In this document: positions 12,401-23,856 of the stretch, piece by piece
Layout of the letters: each line of letters starts with the position of its first letter
Position numbering within the stretch: position 1 is the first letter of the stretch
From: Cycas panzhihuaensis
Taxonomy: Eukaryota > Plantae > Cycadophyta
Assembly (NCBI GenBank): GCA_023213395.1
Contig: CM041465.1
Location: 228,353,741 to 228,417,740 of the forward strand
DNA length: 64,000 bases
Reading direction: 5' to 3'
The notes under the pieces: model-generated
Told to the model about the DNA's origin: nothing
The model's database searches: none
The model's input: the letters and a program-made list of their open reading frames with translations, nothing else
Translations under genes and position numbers: made by a program

Positions 12401-15400
12401 TTTGTCATTGAGGTTGTTGTCAAGCGTGGCTTGAGCCTTCCCTCGTTGATTAGTATTTCCTTGAGAAGCAAACTATTATTAACTATTACGGAGGTTCCTT
12501 ATTGTTAACCGTCACTTGACCTTACTATCATTAAGTAATGCTTGGACACAATTGAGGAATGCACCTACATGCTATGTTTGCATTAAATGTTTGATTAGAT
12601 TCATGTTATCAATGGATTGTTCATATGCTACGGAATGCCATTGCTAGTGCTAACTGCAACATACAAACTGAATGCTCATGGGACAACTAACGCACAAGCC
12701 ACATCCTACCATGAAATGCTCATAAGATAACAAAATACAATCATAAACACAAAGGTAGATGAAAGACGTTTTCGTAACCCTTATGCTCTCATCAATAATA
12801 ATAACATTCTCACATTGCATTAAATCCAAATGCTCAGCTCTCACCTTGAAATGATTTTAAGAATGCCCTTTTTATCTTGCTAAAGGGTTGCCCTTATATA
12901 ACATTGCGCGACCCTTGTTTAGAATTTTATGTCCTTTTATTAGCAACTAATGACCATAGTTTGCCTTCAACACTTTCGACTGCATAATACATTGTTAGTT
13001 AATCATTTGCTTTAATTTTTAGTCATTATTTGGATTGGCATATTGAAGTATGCTCTGCTTTCATGACCGTTTTCAATCTATATGTTGAACTTGCCTTCCA
13101 TTTTTTATTACAATTAGAATGCCCTATGGAAAGCTCTTTGTGTTTGTTGCCATTCTAGACATAATACCAAAGCTTGAGCATACATCACTTGATAGGTACA
13201 AAAATGGTTGAGTGTTTTCATTCATAATTCAATAAATAATTTGAAGTTTTGATCAAATTTGATGTTACTCACTCTTCCTTCAGAACTTCACAACTTTTGT
13301 AATTGCTCTTTGAACTCTACGATCATGAGTTGCTTCTCATCATGTTTGCCATATAATTTTTTGACTTGTGGTTCCAAGGCTAAGATGTCTTCTTTGTACA
13401 GTTGCTCAACTTGTTTGAGTTCTTGATTGTAAATGGTTTTCGCAGCTAGTAACATTTGTTTTTTGCTTTTAAGATCTTTTGCCATTCTTATACTCAATTT
13501 TCTAGAGCATCCATCTCACAATGTAGGGAATGACTTTTACATGGTGATTGTCTACTTTCCTTGATCTTGTTGCCATTTATGCATTCATTTGTTAAGAAAT
13601 AATGCTTAATATATGGTCAATCCATAATGGTCATGTTATGTTGTCTAGTGGTCATATTATTGTAGTGGAGTCATTTGGAATACCCTCTCAAATTTGTAAA
13701 TATGTGAGCAACATTAACTGTCGTGCAAATGCTCACTTGATTGGTTGGTATAAAGGTTTTCACGCATGATCTAATTGGTTGATGTTTGGTGCAACATCAT
13801 TAGTTATCAATGTGATGACTATTTGTATAAAAAGGCATAGCATATTCGTGGTTAGTTATGAAGACACTTAGTGCTTTTTCAATGGAAACTAGTGTGGTCT
13901 CATCATGTGCTTCATTATATATCATTTTGTGTTAATGAGATCTCATACATTCAAAGTGGATGTTTCCTTATCTCGAGGTTTTACCACTGTAAATCTTGTG
14001 TCTCAATATTGAATGCTTGATTTATGTTTCCTTGTTCATTATGGATGACTACATCCCCAATTGACGATCATGTGATATATTAGACCTAATGATGAATACT
14101 TCCATATCAATGCGCACGTAGCTTGCGAGGTGTTTGATATTGTTGTCATGATGATATCAAACCCAAAATTTTAACATGGTATAAGATCAATTTTATTCCA
14201 TTTTCTAACATAGTTGAGTGTCATTATAGTATTTGCATTTCCATTGTTGTATTTGGACGATTTGCTTTCTAATTTTTGTGTTTGTCTAACAAATATCTTC
14301 TAGGATGGTTTATCTTTGATTTTTTCTTCATCAATTTTGTTAATTGATTCATTAATGAACTTTTGGAGCTATGTTTGCTTTTCTTTTTCCTTATCTAAAT
14401 AGTGTAGCACGTCTTGAATTACTCTCTCATATTCTTCATTTGTGGCCACTTTTTCTTACTACCTGTCAAATTCCATTTTGACATCCACTAAAAATTGTTG
14501 CACCTCATCCAATTTTTGCCTTATCATTTAGGATTCATTTATTGCTTCAGCTTCCAAAGCATTGACATTGACCACCTCAATCTCAAAGTGTCTTGTTGGA
14601 ATAGTCTTCTCTTTGTTAAGATTTTAACATGGAGCAAGATCAATAGCATCAACAGAGATTAACACAATATAATCAGAATGTATTACCATACCAAAAGCAC
14701 CAAAGACTCAATATGAGCCTTGATGATGTGATGTCTCTACATACTACCTCAACCACCTTTATATACCAAAGAGGTGGGAGACTATTCAACACAAGTAATG
14801 CATGTGGGACAAATACCTTTGTCCTGACCAATAGCATTACACCACTAACTTGACCAATAAACTTATATCCTTTTACATAGTATTATAATGACCTTTTGAC
14901 CCTAAGACTTAGGACTATCACTTATTATCCTAGGACCCACAAACATTAAACATTATTTCTATCACCTCCCCTTAATGTTTAATGTTTGAACTAAGGACAA
15001 TTTAACATACATTGACACTTGACATGAATAGACATTAAAGACTACATGACAAGACTGACATGACTCTTTAACACATGGTTGTCAACAGACTCCAATGCAC
15101 TTTGTCTTCTTTGAATCTCCACCGTCTTGATCTTGGAAAGGTCTTGAACACCATGTCTTGGGTTTGATCTTGGTCTTCAACCTTGTAGTGTCCTTTGAAC
15201 TGACGATCCTCGAACTTTGCCTCTTTCAACTTCACACATAATTGAGAATCCTTGGACATGCAAAACAAGTAGTGAAACATGGATAATTCAGAATGATCCT
15301 GCATATATTCATCATAGATATCTTCAAGGTGTCTTTCAAATATGTCTTCTATCACCTGTTTGCTTCTCCCTTCTTCAGTATGTGAGTGACCAAAGTAGAT

Positions 15401-16113
15401 GTTAGCAATATCATCATTATCCAAATGCAGCAATGAGTTACCAACTGGTAAGACATCATTATCCTCCCCTGAAGCAATGGACTTATTGAGACGAGTTCCT
15501 GCAAATTGTATGATATATCCTGTTCTCTTCGTGTAACTCAAGGAGTTCCATGAACTAAGTATAATGAGAATTTCCATGATACTCACATGCATATACTTCC
15601 TGAATATGGATATGCATACATGGAACATTATTTCAATCTGATTGACTTTCATAGTCAGGTAACCTATCCAAAAGGTAATATGAATTCGATAAGCATGATC
15701 CTGATGACATGATATCCTCCTTATGTTCCTTTGAAAACAACTTTCTAGTCTTTGCTCTAGGATATCTTTGTTATAATTTTGATCTTTTCAAAGGTGAGAA
15801 TGGAGAATGTAATCGAGTTGAGGGAGATCATGGATATTTTCCAATACATGCAAACCATCGTATGACCTGTCACCAATTGAATTCTTCCTATCAACTTGAC
15901 AACACAAACTAGGATAACATTATCCATACCTTTTGTTAGGCAACTCATGTCTCCATGAACTATTACTGGCAAAGATTGATTCCTGAAATCTTCTGGTTCC
16001 TTGATGAGACTTATGGCTTTGTTACGCTCCTTTTCCCTTTTCCTTTCCTCTTCAACTTCTTCCTCGATTTTTGCCCTTTTGATTCTCTCTTTGTTGCATT
16101 TCTTGTGTCCTTT

Positions 16114-16482
16114 TTATTCACTTACAAGATGGTTTCCAAGCATCCTCGGTGAGTCCATATTCTGTAGAACCTGGATAATAAAGTGATAGGAAGAAGGGAG
16201 GTTATCCTTATCAATGGCTGCAAGTATCACGTCAATAACAATTCTATTTTTTCTTTTGAAGATTTCCTCCCCTTCTTCGTAAGCCGTTTCAGTCCCCATG
16301 ACTGTTTTCCAAAGATTCTTCACTACAAATAGACTTTCCATCTTAATTTTCCAAAAACGAAAATTAGTTCTACTGTATTTGGGCAGAGGAAAACAATGAT
16401 CTGATAGCCAATATTCATTTCTCTCAGGCACAAAGGTGATAATGCCACTTAACTCCATGATGTATGATAAAAGAATATCCAC
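16114..16482 (-). pseudogene. Copia-type gag N-terminal remnant
   Basis: PKYSRTNFRFWKIKMESLFVVKNLWKTVMG matches the copia Gag N-terminal consensus (NY..W..KM...L....LW..V.G). Confidence 0.8.
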
Positions 16483-17518
16483 TTCAACTTGAAAATCAAA
16501 TCAACAAAAGAGGACTTAAACTGAATCTTGTTCCACTCTCCTCACAATCTATGAATGTTCGCCAAGACAACCATCATGATGGGCAGTGCTCTCCTTCCAC
16601 ATTTTGTGTATACCTGTAAGCAACCACTGACCAAAGATTGGAGTTTCCTATCAGGATAACTCTTCCAGCCGGTTTATCACATCACCGTGTTACAAGCGTA
16701 AAGAAATGACCTCCTCACCTGTGGCCGATAATGGTGTCTTCGATTGTGATTCACCTTCAACGGCAAAAGTGCGACTCTATCTTCATGAGTACCGCTTGCG
16801 GGACTATGTTCAAGATCGCCTGCCCACTTGCTAGCCTTGTTCTTATTTTAGCCACCGTCAAAGCTGGCGGGGCTGTCATGTCTTTGACCGAGATTCACAA
16901 GAACTCAACACAAGATCGACTTACGGTTTCGATCATATGATCAAATTCGTAGTGTTCACCCTCTTTCTTGACACTTCCCTTAGAAAGCGGTCATACATAT
17001 CATTACCAACTGTAGAGTCACCTTTGTGAAGCCCAAGCCTAGCTGCTACAATTGCAAATTTTCGATTACCACTGCTTCCCAAAGAACTCTTCTCGCCATT
17101 ACCCTCTCAGGGAATTATGGATCAGAAAAAGAATGTGGTATGCCAACTGAGTTCATGATTTGCTCTGCTGTAAACGAGACTACACGCTCCACTGATTGTC
17201 AAGGAACGAGCTGCTTATTGAAATCTGATTGTTGCCTTCAAGAGGACTCTACTTCAGAGACTGCAGGTTGCACTATTAGGAATTCCATATCCACGTCCAG
17301 GGATCTATTGGGAGAGAGCTTCTTAAGTGGTTCAACAAAGTCTTCACTGAAAGTTGCACGGAAGCTATGTGTCGCAGGCATTTACAAGCAAGATAAAGTG
17401 CTGCACAAGAGGGTGTCTATGGTATGGTGACCAAAGTTGCAGGTGATTCAGATTACGGCGATTGGCGTGACGTTGAAGATGAGGATGAATCAAGTTTAGA
17501 GGACCATAGACAGATGCA

Positions 17519-18146
17519 GATGGATCCTTTTTGTTTTCGCCCGCTTCCACAGCCTGCGCTCTTGCCCACACTAAATATAATAAATGCCTTCGCTATCTCA
17601 CCAATATAACGACTAAATTTAACGGAGGAGTGCCTAATGTGTATATAGACGGACCAAGTCAAGATGCAGTCAATAGACGGATCCTTTTTGTTTTCGCCTC
17701 CAACGCCTGGGAATTGCCTGTCATTTTGGCGACGAAATTGCAGAGTGTCTCCAATATGTGTGGAGGTATTGGAGCAACGTAGGCATCGGGTGGGCAAGGG
17801 AATCCCCCGTTCAAGATGTAGACGACACGGATACCGCGGATACCACGGAATCGCTTACACGGATACCACGTATCTCAGGAAGTGTTTACCCATTTTAAGA
17901 GGAAAGATGGCGAGTTCTTCTGCTTTGCCGGGCAAACAAATGAAGCCGTTACCGGCATGTATAACTTGTACAGGGCATCTCGGCTACAGTTTCCTGGCGA
18001 ATCGCTTCTTGAAGAAGCCAGGACCTTCGCTCTCAGTTTCCTTAAACAGAAGCGAGCCAATAACGAACTTGCCGATAAATGGATTATCGCTAAGGGTTTA
18101 GTTGGGGAAGTTGAATACGCTCTGAATTTTCCATGGTTCGCGAGCC
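17519..18146 (+). pseudogene. CPS: Captured, intronless, scrambled fragment of ent-copalyl diphosphate synthase / class II diterpene cyclase
   Basis: DGSFLFSPASTACALAHTKYNKCLRYL..KFNGGVPNVY (17519-17644); RLQRLGIACHFGDEIAECLQYVWRYWSNVGIGWARESPVQDVDDT (17695-17829, DxDD at 17815-17826); RLHGYHVSQEVFTHFKRKDGEFFCFAGQTNEAVTGMYNLYRAS..DKWIIAKGLVGEVEYALNFPWFAS (17852-18145). Confidence 0.93.
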
Positions 18147-18156
18147 AATCGTGTAA

Positions 18157-18423
18157 GAGGTTGATACATTCGTGGAAGAGGCGCTTGTTAAAGACACGGA
18201 CTGGCTATCAGGAATGCCCTAGACACTTACAGGGACACATGTCTTTGTATGCACGCATGGAAGTTGTAATCGAAGGTGTGGTGTTTGTGGGCCTGTGCTT
18301 GTCAGGAAATTTAAAGAGGAGATTGAAGCTCGTGGCCTTAAAGGTCATGTGTCTGTGAGCCCGTGCTCACATGTTGGAGGACACAAATATGCTGGGAATC
18401 TCATAATATATGGACCAAATGCT
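18157..18423 (+). pseudogene. Captured fragment of a sucrase/ferredoxin-like (Apd1/Aim32-type thioredoxin-like [2Fe-2S]) gene
   Basis: Frame +1 (not in the ORF track): EVDTFVEEALVKDTDWLSGMP*TLTGTHVFVCTHGSCNRRCGVCGPVLVRKFKEEIEARGLKGHVSVSPCSHVGGHKYAGNLIIYG. Contains the C-x8-C...H-x-G-G-H ligand motif and one stop at 18220-18222. Confidence 0.9.
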
Positions 18424-21400
18424 CTGTACATGCATCTCCACCTTGTGAACCAGTGCTTTAAACTTCATCCATGATGACAGAATAAAGGGAAACTTTCCAA
18501 CTGCGAATGATTCTCACAGTGGCTTGCCTTCTGCATATGGCCAGTAACGTAAATACTATAGCCTCTTGATAGCGTAGATGGCTCGCTATTAATGTGCCTT
18601 TCCTTCTATGGCCACTGGCTATCAATAGACTCCTCAACAACAAGCTTATAATCATGAATGCAAATGGTCATCTTTTGTGGCGGCTATGCAACTGAGTGAC
18701 TGAATAATCACATAAGGGCCTCCACGATAATCTTTGCTAACGCTTCCGCAGACACAGATCACACAAATGTATCACTCTCTATAAACAACAGAGACTCCTT
18801 ACGATGATGGCAATAGACTAGCATATCTTCGAATGAGGTTGTGATCGGTTATGGCTTAGCAAGAGCTCCTTTCAGCGAGGGTTATGGTATAGCAATTTTA
18901 TACAAGCTTGGCACCATCTCCAGACTTTATCAACCATATTTCAATGATTTTCACACAGGCATTTGTTTACTAGTTTTTAGTAGTAATTGTGCAGATGACA
19001 GGATCTCTTCCGCAAGAAGGGTTTATGACAGAAATAATCTCAAACAAATCCTTAATATTTCCAACAACTCTCACTTTCATAATATAAGCAGGGTTCAATG
19101 GCTAACAGATTCAGATTTCACACATAATTTCAAACTAATTTCTTTCAGAGCAGACTCAACACTCAGCCTTCTCAGCAGGGCATAGAAACAATGTTACCCG
19201 GTAAACGATGACTCCCTTAGGGTTCCACCTCTCAAAAAGTAGAGTCTCAAATCTGGAATTGTCTCTTACAAAGCTACCTCCACACACATCCACGAACTGG
19301 CGATTCTTCACAACGAAGCTTGGCAAATAACCTGCGCTGATACCATGTTAAGATTTTAACATGGAGCAAGATCAATAGCATCAACAGAGATTAACACAAT
19401 ATAATCAGAATGTATTACCATACCAAAAGCATCAAAGACTCAATATGAGCCTTGATGATGTGATGTCTCTACATATTACCTCAACCACCTTTATATACCA
19501 AAGAGGTGGGAGACTATTCAACACAAGTAATACATGTGGGACAAATACCTTTGTCCTGACCAATAGCATTACACCACTAACTTGACCAATAAACTTATAT
19601 CCTTTTACATAGTATTATAATGACCCTTTGACCCTAAGACTTAGGACTATCACTTATTATCCTAGGACCCACACACATTAAACATTATTTCTAACACTCT
19701 TTACAACCAACTTGTTTCGCATCCTAGAGGCATAGTATTAGTGGGCTAAGATACACCACTTCAATCCTCTTATCTAGCTAGTACAACTCATGTATTGAAT
19801 TTTTTTACAAGAGTTGAAATTGTAGGCATAATTCCTTTTTTTCCCCATTTTTTTAGCTTGCTTCTATTGGGAAATAATGTTGAATTTGTTGTCAATCCAT
19901 GTTTATTGTGATTATGTAATTGACTATACCTCAAATATCATGTATAATTATGTTAAAAAGAGGTGCACACATGACGATTCTTAATATGTGAACATTATTA
20001 AATTATGTGTTCGAGCCCACATCTTCATGTATTCTCATAAGCTATCTTAGTGGTCCTTCAATCTCATTAGACCTCTATGAGGTGACTTTTATCTATAAAA
20101 ATGTACCTCTTCTAATGCAATAGATGAAGATTGATCATTCTTCCAATTTCTGTTGTACTTTATATTGGTGTATATTTCATCTTTCTTTATCATGGTATCA
20201 TGGTTTCTTTGTAATACTTGTTATATGATATTAAAGCACTTATGCAATTTTCTAATAGCTTCACCTCCCATCTCTTCTTAGACCATTGTCAAATGTTTTC
20301 CAAGGCAAACTTATGCTACATATTTTGTAATGTCAAGGTGTTTTGCCGAATAACTAGGGACCACCTTCTCATGGTAAGCTCCCTATGGCCATATTAGTTG
20401 AGATGCAAGCTAGTTAGGACTAATGGGCATTACAAAACTAAAACATTCATTTAAATGGCTGTTAACTATTGATTGATGTTGGTCATAACAAATTTTGCTC
20501 TACTATATCCCTACTAGACTCATGTTAGTAATCCCTACAAAGTGATAATACTACTTTTACATATCGATTATTCCTATTTACTCTCTCCACTCAATTTACA
20601 CATTCATATCAGTCAATGAAAAATCAATATGCGATCAAAAGCTTTTCATTAATTCAAGCCCTGTCAGAAGCTTAATTAATGACAAAAGATACACAATTGT
20701 TCTCACTTGAATTAATAATTTAACTCGCCCTAAAACTAGGTTTGTATACTAATTTTCCCATTGATTCCCAAGAGGTAGGAATGAAATTGTTGTAATGCAT
20801 TTTTTCATATGAAGTTAACAAGTCATTAACCATTTGGTGTGGTGAGCCTACACCACATGTTAGAGAGGGCTATGACCCTCCATCATATGAGGATTAATAG
20901 GATTGGTTGATATAAAGGTAGGAATATAATAATATGGGGGTGAGTGTTATATATACTCCACTCTATTGTAAAGAGGAGAATATGATACAATGATGTTGGA
21001 GTGTAATGTCATCACTCCACTCCCTCTTACCTACCAGGCTTGTGCACTTCAATTTAGACATGTGATGCTCAACATGTCAAGGTAAGTTAAGGTAAGTAAT
21101 GAAGGAATATAAACTAGCAGGAGAACAGGTCAGAACATATATCAAATAACCATAAACCAGTATTGCATTAATACATCAATGTGTCACAATCACAATAGCA
21201 TAAAGAATATGAAAGCCTTGTTGTTCAATCCATTGTAGCAATAATGAGCATTACAAATCTCCTCAAAGGTAGGCGGTGTCTAAAGACACGGGGTTGTACA
21301 CCCTTAACATTTATAGTTTGGGGGAGGAAACTCCTCAACCCCTGAATTCAAATTAATAATAAAATAATGCAACTTAACTCAAATGAAACTAACTCAACTT

Positions 21401-21966
21401 ACCTTAACTTACCTTGACATGTTGAGCATCACATGTCTAAATTGAGGTGCACAATCTTGGTAGGTAAGAGGGAGTTGAGTGATGACATTACACTCCAACA
21501 TTCTCCCCCTTAATGTCAGCACGAACACTTGTATCTTTTCCTTGAACTTGTGGAATTGGTACTTGAAAAGAACTTTGAAATTCTGATCTTGATCTTTATC
21601 AACTCTTCTCACCCTTATAGTCACATATATCTCTTTATCATAGAATGATGTAGGAAGACTATAAGTAGATGAAACTTGATGCATATGTAGATGAATAGCT
21701 GTAATTTGGACTTTGTTAACTAGAACATTAGGAAGGCTTTGAGCTTGAACTTTTGTAATCTTTATACTTTGAACAACTGTCATATCATCAGGTTCATTCC
21801 TTGTCATATCATCAGATTCAACTATTATATCATCATGTTCGTTCTTCGTTATGTCATAAGATTCATTTTCATTCTCCCCCTCAAATAGAGGATCAAATCC
21901 TTGTGCAACAAGGTGGTCCTGCATTTGATCTGAATCCTCATGGTTGTTGTCGTCATGATCTATACA

Positions 21967-22278
21967 TTACATTACATGTCTCACATGCTCATCAAAAGTT
22001 TCATCAAATACATTGGGGGTATCTCCCCCATAAATGGAAATCAATAAATCCCAAACAGACTTAGAAGTTGTTAATTCAGAAACTAGTGAAAAAACATCAT
22101 CAGTCATAGTGCAAAATAATAAACCTAAAACTTCATTATCTTTTCTAAAATTTTCTTTGATGCTAAGGTCACATTCATGTTGTAAATACTTCAAAAGATC
22201 ATGTTCAATAAAGTAAGTTTGCATGGTGTCATACCATAGTGAAAAGTTATGGCCATTAAAAATGGGGAATTGTGCCAT
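21967..22278 (-). CDS. Copia Gag N-terminal mini-ORF (B')
   Basis: MAQFPIFNGHNFSLWYDTMQTYFIEHDLLKYL...TTSKSVWDLLISIYGG; near-identical partner at 26941-27264. Confidence 0.75.
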   Translation of the reverse strand: MAQFPIFNGHNFSLWYDTMQTYFIEHDLLKYLQHECDLSIKENFRKDNEVLGLLFCTMTDDVFSLVSELTTSKSVWDLLISIYGGDTPNVFDETFDEHVRHVM

Positions 22279-23733
22279 TTTGAAAGCAATGTAATCAATA
22301 AGAAAATAATGATGTGTTTGAAAGCAAACTTAAAAAATCTTTTTCACTTATGCAAAACTGAAATAAACTCTTGAGAATGAAATATAAAGAGTTTCCAAAA
22401 ATACCAATTTCTCAAATGAGTAAATGTAAATTTTCAATGTAAAAAAATTTTCCCTTTTTGTATAAAAATAACTTTTCTTTGAGAAAAATATATATTGCCT
22501 TATGAACAATTTCTGGTTCAAAACAACTTAAAATGCTTGTAGAAAGATCAAGTAGAAACCTTGAGTTAAACAATGAGATATAAACTAGAATTTTCTTAAA
22601 AATTTTGAAAAAAGACAAGCTTATTAGGATGTACTTGTATGCTCAACTTTAACAGCTTGAAAACTATACTGAATAATGTCAGAATAACTTAAAATTCTAC
22701 CAATATGTAGATTAATAAGGTGTGAATCCAATGAAACAAATGGTTTTGAAAACGGGTACCAATAAATCACGATTTGAATGAGACAAAGGTATGGACCTCC
22801 TTACGGAGCCTAACAGGAACAAGGTAGTCAAAATTTGCATAAAATTACTAATTAACCTTTAGAAAAAGTTGAACAAATGATCAAATATTGTTTATGAAGT
22901 AATCAATGTTCTTTCAATTGAAAATTTTTTGAAAAATATATTAAAAATGTGTAAAAAACAGTAGATTTAGGGCAATGAGATACCTCGACTTTGACTGATT
23001 TGAAATTTAGGAAGATAATATCAAAATATATAAAAAAATATGTCAAAATGAGGAGAAATGAGTCGAACATGAAGTTGTGGAATTGAAATCTGATAAAAAA
23101 TGAGAACGTTATAGTGAAAAAGGTAACATGTGTCTTTATGGAGAATGTTAAAAAACAGGCAAAAAACAACTAAATTCCTTATTTCAGCGATTAAAATACT
23201 AATGAAGATAAATTCAAAAAATTGAAATAAGAAATGGGTATTGAAGTCTATACAACGTAGATCGCTATAGAGGAAATTTGGGCAAAAACCAGTTTACCAG
23301 TAATAAATGACAGTCAGTTTTAAAAACGATTTTGTTAAAAATATGAAAAATGCTAAAATTTTGAAAGTCTAATGTTAAAATGGTCGAAACAGGGTCAAAT
23401 TGGCACCAAATTGGTCATATGACCAGTCGAAATTGGTGTCTGAAAAATTTCGATCTATTAGAGGCGGTTTCGTTTGAAACCGATGCTCCAGTGAAAAGTT
23501 ATGGCCACAAAAGCGCCAATAACTCTATGAAAAATAAAGTTTTGAAAAAATAAAGCTTAAAATTAAAAAAAACTTCTTAAAAATGGGCCTGAAGATGGAC
23601 TGAGTCAGGATTGAACCCAAGATCAGTCAAAGAGTAAAGACCTCCGATGTCAGGAGGGTGAACTCGCTCGTCGAGTTTTAAAACAAAAGATTATTAAAAA
23701 CCCTTAAAACTGGATTTTAAAAGAACATATAAT

Positions 23734-23856
23734 AAATGATGGAATAATAATAGCAGGACTATGCTCTGATACCAAATGATGGAAAAAATATGGAGCCAAA
23801 GTGCTCTGATACCAAATGATGGAATAAGAATAGCAGGACTATGCTCTGATACCAAA
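23734..23856 (-). repeat. Tandem array of tRNA-iMet PBS + U5-end units, 40-bp period
   Basis: GCTCTGATACCA at 23763-23774, 23803-23814 and 23843-23854, each followed by AATGA(T/A)GGAA. A fourth end-like motif without a PBS lies at 23734-23742. Confidence 0.95.

Larger units (their letters stand above)
14614..19696 (-). mobile_element. Complete non-autonomous (gag-remnant) copia-derived LTR element carrying captured host gene fragments
   Basis: 351-bp LTRs at 14614-14964 and 19346-19696 (TG..CA, about 6 differences by eye), TSD CTCTT at 14609-14613 and 19697-19701, PBS TGGTATCAGCGCAGG at 19331-19345, PPT at 14965-14973, no pol. Confidence 0.96.

Noticed and set aside
17519-18358. Functional terpene synthase gene or biosynthetic cluster
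   Set aside because: Only about 190 codons, scrambled and frameshifted, lying inside an LTR element.
18530-18570. Lipase class 3 motif (GYSIYVTGH on - strand)
   Set aside because: Lacks the GHSLG nucleophile elbow and is too short to support.
23734-23856. CRISPR-like repeat-spacer array
   Set aside because: The repeat is the tRNA-iMet PBS plus LTR terminus, spacers are mostly U5 copies, the context is eukaryotic, and there are no cas genes.
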